DNA of 64,000 nucleotides, taken from sequence record MK639187. One strand, 5' to 3'. Positions 60,781 through 64,000 of the stretch are shown here, piece by piece (positions within the stretch are counted from its first letter, which is position 1; each line of letters begins with the position of its first letter). Origin of the DNA: Shigella phage SSE1. A program made the translations under genes and the position numbers. A model generated the notes under the pieces. It was not told where the DNA came from. It saw only the letters and a list, made by a program, of their open reading frames with translations, and did not search any database.

Positions 60781-61014
60781 TTAGAAGTCTTCTTCCTCAT
60801 CCTCATCATCGTCGCCTTCAAGTTCGGCACGCTTACCTGCTAAGGCATCCCTGACAGAAATATCATCCGTATCTTTTAATTCCGTTTCTTTTATACGTTT
60901 CTTATAATAAGCTTCCAATTCTTCAAGCCCTTCTAAGGTATGACAACTAGCAATTTTACCCATGAATTCGTCAATAGATGCTTCGTATAAAAATTGTTTA
61001 AATTCAAGTACCAT
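60781..61014 (-). CDS. uvsW.1: UvsW.1
   Basis: 77 aa with acidic C-terminus (DDDEDEEEDF), immediately downstream of uvsW as in T4. Confidence 0.75.
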   Translation of the reverse strand: MVLEFKQFLYEASIDEFMGKIASCHTLEGLEELEAYYKKRIKETELKDTDDISVRDALAGKRAELEGDDDEDEEEDF

Positions 61015-61039
61015 TTTTATCTCCTAAGGGCCGAAGCCC

Positions 61040-62554
61040 TTATAAATTAATTGTTTTCATTACATAGTTAAATTTCTCATCAGCGTAACGTTGGATACGA
61101 TCAATACCGTGTTTTAACAAGTAATTAAGATGAGTATACTTCTTTTTAGTATTTAATGATTTAGGTTTTACACCTGCGTCATCTATGAGATCCCAAACTG
61201 TAGCAACAGCTTTAGAACCATGCTTACGAAGCACACGACCTACGGTTTGAAGTACGATAATTTTTGATTTAACGCCATGGGCAAAAATAACATGATGAAG
61301 ATTCTTGACTGAAATACCAGTAGAGAATACTCCATATGATGCGACAATAATAATGCCTTTACCATTTTCTGCCATGACTTTAAGCGCGTTACGTGTTTCA
61401 GTATCAACTTCACCCGATACGTAATAAACTTTTTCGTATCCAAGCTCTTTAATAGCTTCAAATATTTCTTTACCGTGTGTAACGTGTTTAAACATTACAA
61501 AGGCGTTCTCGTCTTTCTTAGCCAATTTGACTGAAAGTTGAGCAATCCACTTTGTACGTCGTTTTAGTCCGGTAATAATTTTAACTTCTTCTTGGTATGT
61601 TTTACCTTTTAATTTAACAGTGAATTCGTCCGGATAACGAAGGAAAATACTATTAATCTTAAGCTCAGTTACCTGTCCGTCTTCCATTAATTTAGACGTG
61701 CTAACAGGACGGAAGATTTCGCCGAACATACCTACGTACTGCATTACGTTGGCTTTTCCGTCTCTTAATGAGCCAGATAAACCGAATTTAAACATGCAAT
61801 TATTTAATCCTGAGATGATTGAAGAAATACTTTTGCCTGTTGCTAAGTGGCATTCATCGTTCATCATCATACCGAACTGAGAGAACCATTCTTTAGGCTG
61901 CTTAACTACCGTTTGCCATGTGCCAACAATAATTGGAGCGTCGTTTTTAGATTTGTCTGCTTTATCAGCACCACCGCCAATTTTCTTAATCATCGAATGA
62001 CTAAACAAGCGATAATCAACAAAATCATTAGCCATCTGGGTTGTCAATGCTGTTGTAGGGACGATAATGAGAATTTTACCTTCATAGTTCTCTAGATAAT
62101 ATCGAGCTAAAAGTGCTTGGATTAGTGATTTACCTGCTGATGTCGGAAGGTTTAAAATTCGACGACGATTAACTAGTCCTTCGTATACTGCATCTTTTTG
62201 ATACCAATGTGGTTCGATTTTGGCGTTGCCTGAATAAATTTCTTGTTTAGAAAGCCATGCGTCAAAATCTTCCCTGGTAAGGTCTTCAGTCTCAAAGATT
62301 TTAGGGTCAATCCATACAGAATAACTCATATTGTTACAGAACTTTTTTATTTGTCCTACAAGTCCATATGGTAACAAACGGTTGTAATCTAAAAGACGAA
62401 TTCTACCATCCCATTGCCCATAGCGATATTTTGGGTTAAATTTATACCCGTCAGCTTCAAAGCTAAAAAAGTCACGAAGTTCGTAAAACGTACTTTCGTC
62501 GCATTCAATGCGCACGTGACTAAAATCATAAAAATGTACTTTAATGTCAGTCAT
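61040..62554 (-). CDS. uvsW: UvsW DNA/RNA helicase (SF2)
   Basis: 504 aa; N-terminus MTDIKVHFYDFSHVRIECDESTFYELRDFFSFEADGYKF; Walker A NLPTSAGKS; DEAH-like NDECH. Confidence 0.93.
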   Translation of the reverse strand: MTDIKVHFYDFSHVRIECDESTFYELRDFFSFEADGYKFNPKYRYGQWDGRIRLLDYNRLLPYGLVGQIKKFCNNMSYSVWIDPKIFETEDLTREDFDAWLSKQEIYSGNAKIEPHWYQKDAVYEGLVNRRRILNLPTSAGKSLIQALLARYYLENYEGKILIIVPTTALTTQMANDFVDYRLFSHSMIKKIGGGADKADKSKNDAPIIVGTWQTVVKQPKEWFSQFGMMMNDECHLATGKSISSIISGLNNCMFKFGLSGSLRDGKANVMQYVGMFGEIFRPVSTSKLMEDGQVTELKINSIFLRYPDEFTVKLKGKTYQEEVKIITGLKRRTKWIAQLSVKLAKKDENAFVMFKHVTHGKEIFEAIKELGYEKVYYVSGEVDTETRNALKVMAENGKGIIIVASYGVFSTGISVKNLHHVIFAHGVKSKIIVLQTVGRVLRKHGSKAVATVWDLIDDAGVKPKSLNTKKKYTHLNYLLKHGIDRIQRYADEKFNYVMKTINL

Positions 62555-62583
62555 GTCAAATTACCATGTAATAAATATAGTTA

Positions 62584-62591
62584 TATTTATA
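62584..62591 (-). promoter_or_regulatory. late promoter TATAAATA for uvsW
   Basis: Exact TATAAATA on the - strand about 30 nt upstream of the uvsW start. Confidence 0.55.
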
Positions 62592-62604
62592 ATGAGGAAA
62601 TACC

Positions 62605-63273
62605 ATGATCGATAAAGACTATATTGAAGAGTTACGTGCTCTTTCTGATAAAAAGGAAGCCAAAGCTAAACTGTCTGAATATGCGGAACAATTTGGTATT
62701 AGTGTTAAGAAAACAAAATCATTCGATAATATTGTTATTGATATCGAAGAAGCTCTTAACGCACTGGCTGATGAACCATTACCTGAAACTGATGGATTAT
62801 CTATCACTGATTTAATTACTGCCGCAGATGATGTAGACGGTGTTAATTTCACCAACGAAGAAGTTAAAGAAGAAGCTATTCTGTTGTTTGATTCTCCAAC
62901 AGAACAAGTTGAAGTATTAGAAGTTGTCGAACAAGAAAAAGAATTCGACCATGATAAATTCGAAGAAGCAATTACTCAGGTTGTTGAATCTGAAAAAGAG
63001 CCTGAGGCAGAGGTAAATAAAGAAGTAAAATTTGTTCTGCCTGAAAATTTTAGTCCTACACTCATTAAATTAGGCAAAGGTCCAGGATATGTTACTGTTC
63101 CTTGGTGGATTTATCAATGGATAGCCGAAACCCCAGATTGGAAATCTCGCCCAACTAGTTTTGTGCACGCTTCTGCTCACCAAACATTATTTAGCTTAAT
63201 TTATTATATTAATCGCGATGGATCAGTTCTAATTCGTGAAACTCGTAATTCTTCTTTCGTAACATTAAAATAA
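62605..63273 (+). CDS. inh: Inh, inhibitor of prohead protease gp21
   Basis: 222 aa (T4 Inh is 226 aa); position between uvsW and hoc. Confidence 0.75.
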   Translation: MIDKDYIEELRALSDKKEAKAKLSEYAEQFGISVKKTKSFDNIVIDIEEALNALADEPLPETDGLSITDLITAADDVDGVNFTNEEVKEEAILLFDSPTEQVEVLEVVEQEKEFDHDKFEEAITQVVESEKEPEAEVNKEVKFVLPENFSPTLIKLGKGPGYVTVPWWIYQWIAETPDWKSRPTSFVHASAHQTLFSLIYYINRDGSVLIRETRNSSFVTLK

Positions 63274-63282
63274 GGATAACTT

Positions 63283-64000
63283 ATGGCTTTTACAGTTGAT
63301 ATAACTCCTAAAACACCTACTGGAGTTATAGATCAGACTCAGCAGTTTACTGCTACACCCAGTGGTGAAACTGGAGGTGGAACTATTACCTATGCTTGGA
63401 CTGTAGATGATGTTCCACAAGATGGAGCTGAAGCAACTTTTAGTTATGTACTAAAAGGACCTGCCGGTCAAAAGACTATTAAAGTAGTTGCAACAAACAC
63501 AGTTCCAGATACTGATGCTGAAACGGCAGAAGCTACTACAACTATCACAGTTCAAAATAAGACACAGACAACTACTTTAGCTGTAACTCCTGGTAGCCCT
63601 GATGCTGGAGTGATTGGAACTCCAATTGAATTTACCGCCACTTTAGCTTCACAGCCATCAGGCGCAAACGCTACTTATCAATGGTATGTAGACGATTCTC
63701 CTGTTGGCGAAGCAACTAACGCTACGTTCAATTACACTCCTGCCGAAAGCGGGGTAAAAAGAATTAAGTGCGTGGCTCAAGTAACCGCAACAGATTATGA
63801 CGCACTAAGCGTTACTTCTAATGAAGTGTCACTGACTGTTAATAAAAAGACACAGACAACTACGTTGGCAGTAACTCCCAATAGTCCTTCAGCTGGAGTA
63901 ATTGGAACCCCAGTTCAATTTACTGCTGCCTTAGCTTCTCAACCGGTTGGAGCGTCTGCTACGTATCAGTGGTATGTAGATGATTCACAGGTTGGTGGAG
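63283..64000 (+). CDS. hoc: Hoc outer capsid protein, 3' end outside window
   Basis: MAFTVDITPKTPTGVIDQTQQFTATPSGETGGGTITYAWTVDDVPQDGAEATFSYVLKGPAGQKTIKVVATN...; tandem Ig-like domains each ending ...YQWYVDDS...; ORF runs to the window end. Confidence 0.9.
   Translation, partial: MAFTVDITPKTPTGVIDQTQQFTATPSGETGGGTITYAWTVDDVPQDGAEATFSYVLKGPAGQKTIKVVATNTVPDTDAETAEATTTITVQNKTQTTTLAVTPGSPDAGVIGTPIEFTATLASQPSGANATYQWYVDDSPVGEATNATFNYTPAESGVKRIKCVAQVTATDYDALSVTSNEVSLTVNKKTQTTTLAVTPNSPSAGVIGTPVQFTAALASQPVGASATYQWYVDDSQVGG

Overview
This window is a densely packed stretch of a T4-like (T-even, Tevenvirinae) myovirus genome, read in the early-transcription direction on the + strand. Gene identities rest on motifs, protein lengths and synteny compared with T4 proteins as I recall them; no database search was run. 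Order on + strand: topoisomerase II large subunit gp39 (unsplit, 605 aa), rIIA, rIIB, ndd, topoisomerase gp52, motA, a block of small arn-region ORFs, asiA. Then the late tail-fibre module on the - strand (holin t, gp38, gp37, gp36, gp35, gp34). Then + strand: rnh, dsbA, gp33, gp59, gp32, frd, td, nrdA, nrdB, denA, RNA ligase 1, alc, a spanin pair, pseT, cd, gp31, rIII, DNA ligase gp30, alt. Then baseplate hub genes 54-48-29-28-27-51 (-), 26-25 (+), uvsY, uvsW.1/uvsW (-), inh and the start of hoc. Departures from the T4 layout that deserve a second look: (1) a GT-B fold glycosyltransferase inserted between gp39 and rIIA, a candidate DNA hypermodification enzyme; (2) a full-length DAHP-synthase homolog next to dCMP deaminase; (3) a NADAR/YbiA-like ORF overlapping a HAD-type hydrolase ORF upstream of DNA ligase; (4) free-standing GIY-YIG and HNH homing-endonuclease-like genes at non-T4 positions, with td and nrdB uninterrupted; (5) about 18 sigma70-type early promoters (GTTTAC -35), many with the -10 hexamer embedded in a short inverted repeat whose arms co-vary between copies; (6) a 15-bp-arm inverted repeat just downstream of the glycosyltransferase. 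Many UUCG-tetraloop intrinsic terminators and TATAAATA late promoters are also visible. No rRNA, tRNA or CRISPR array was seen.
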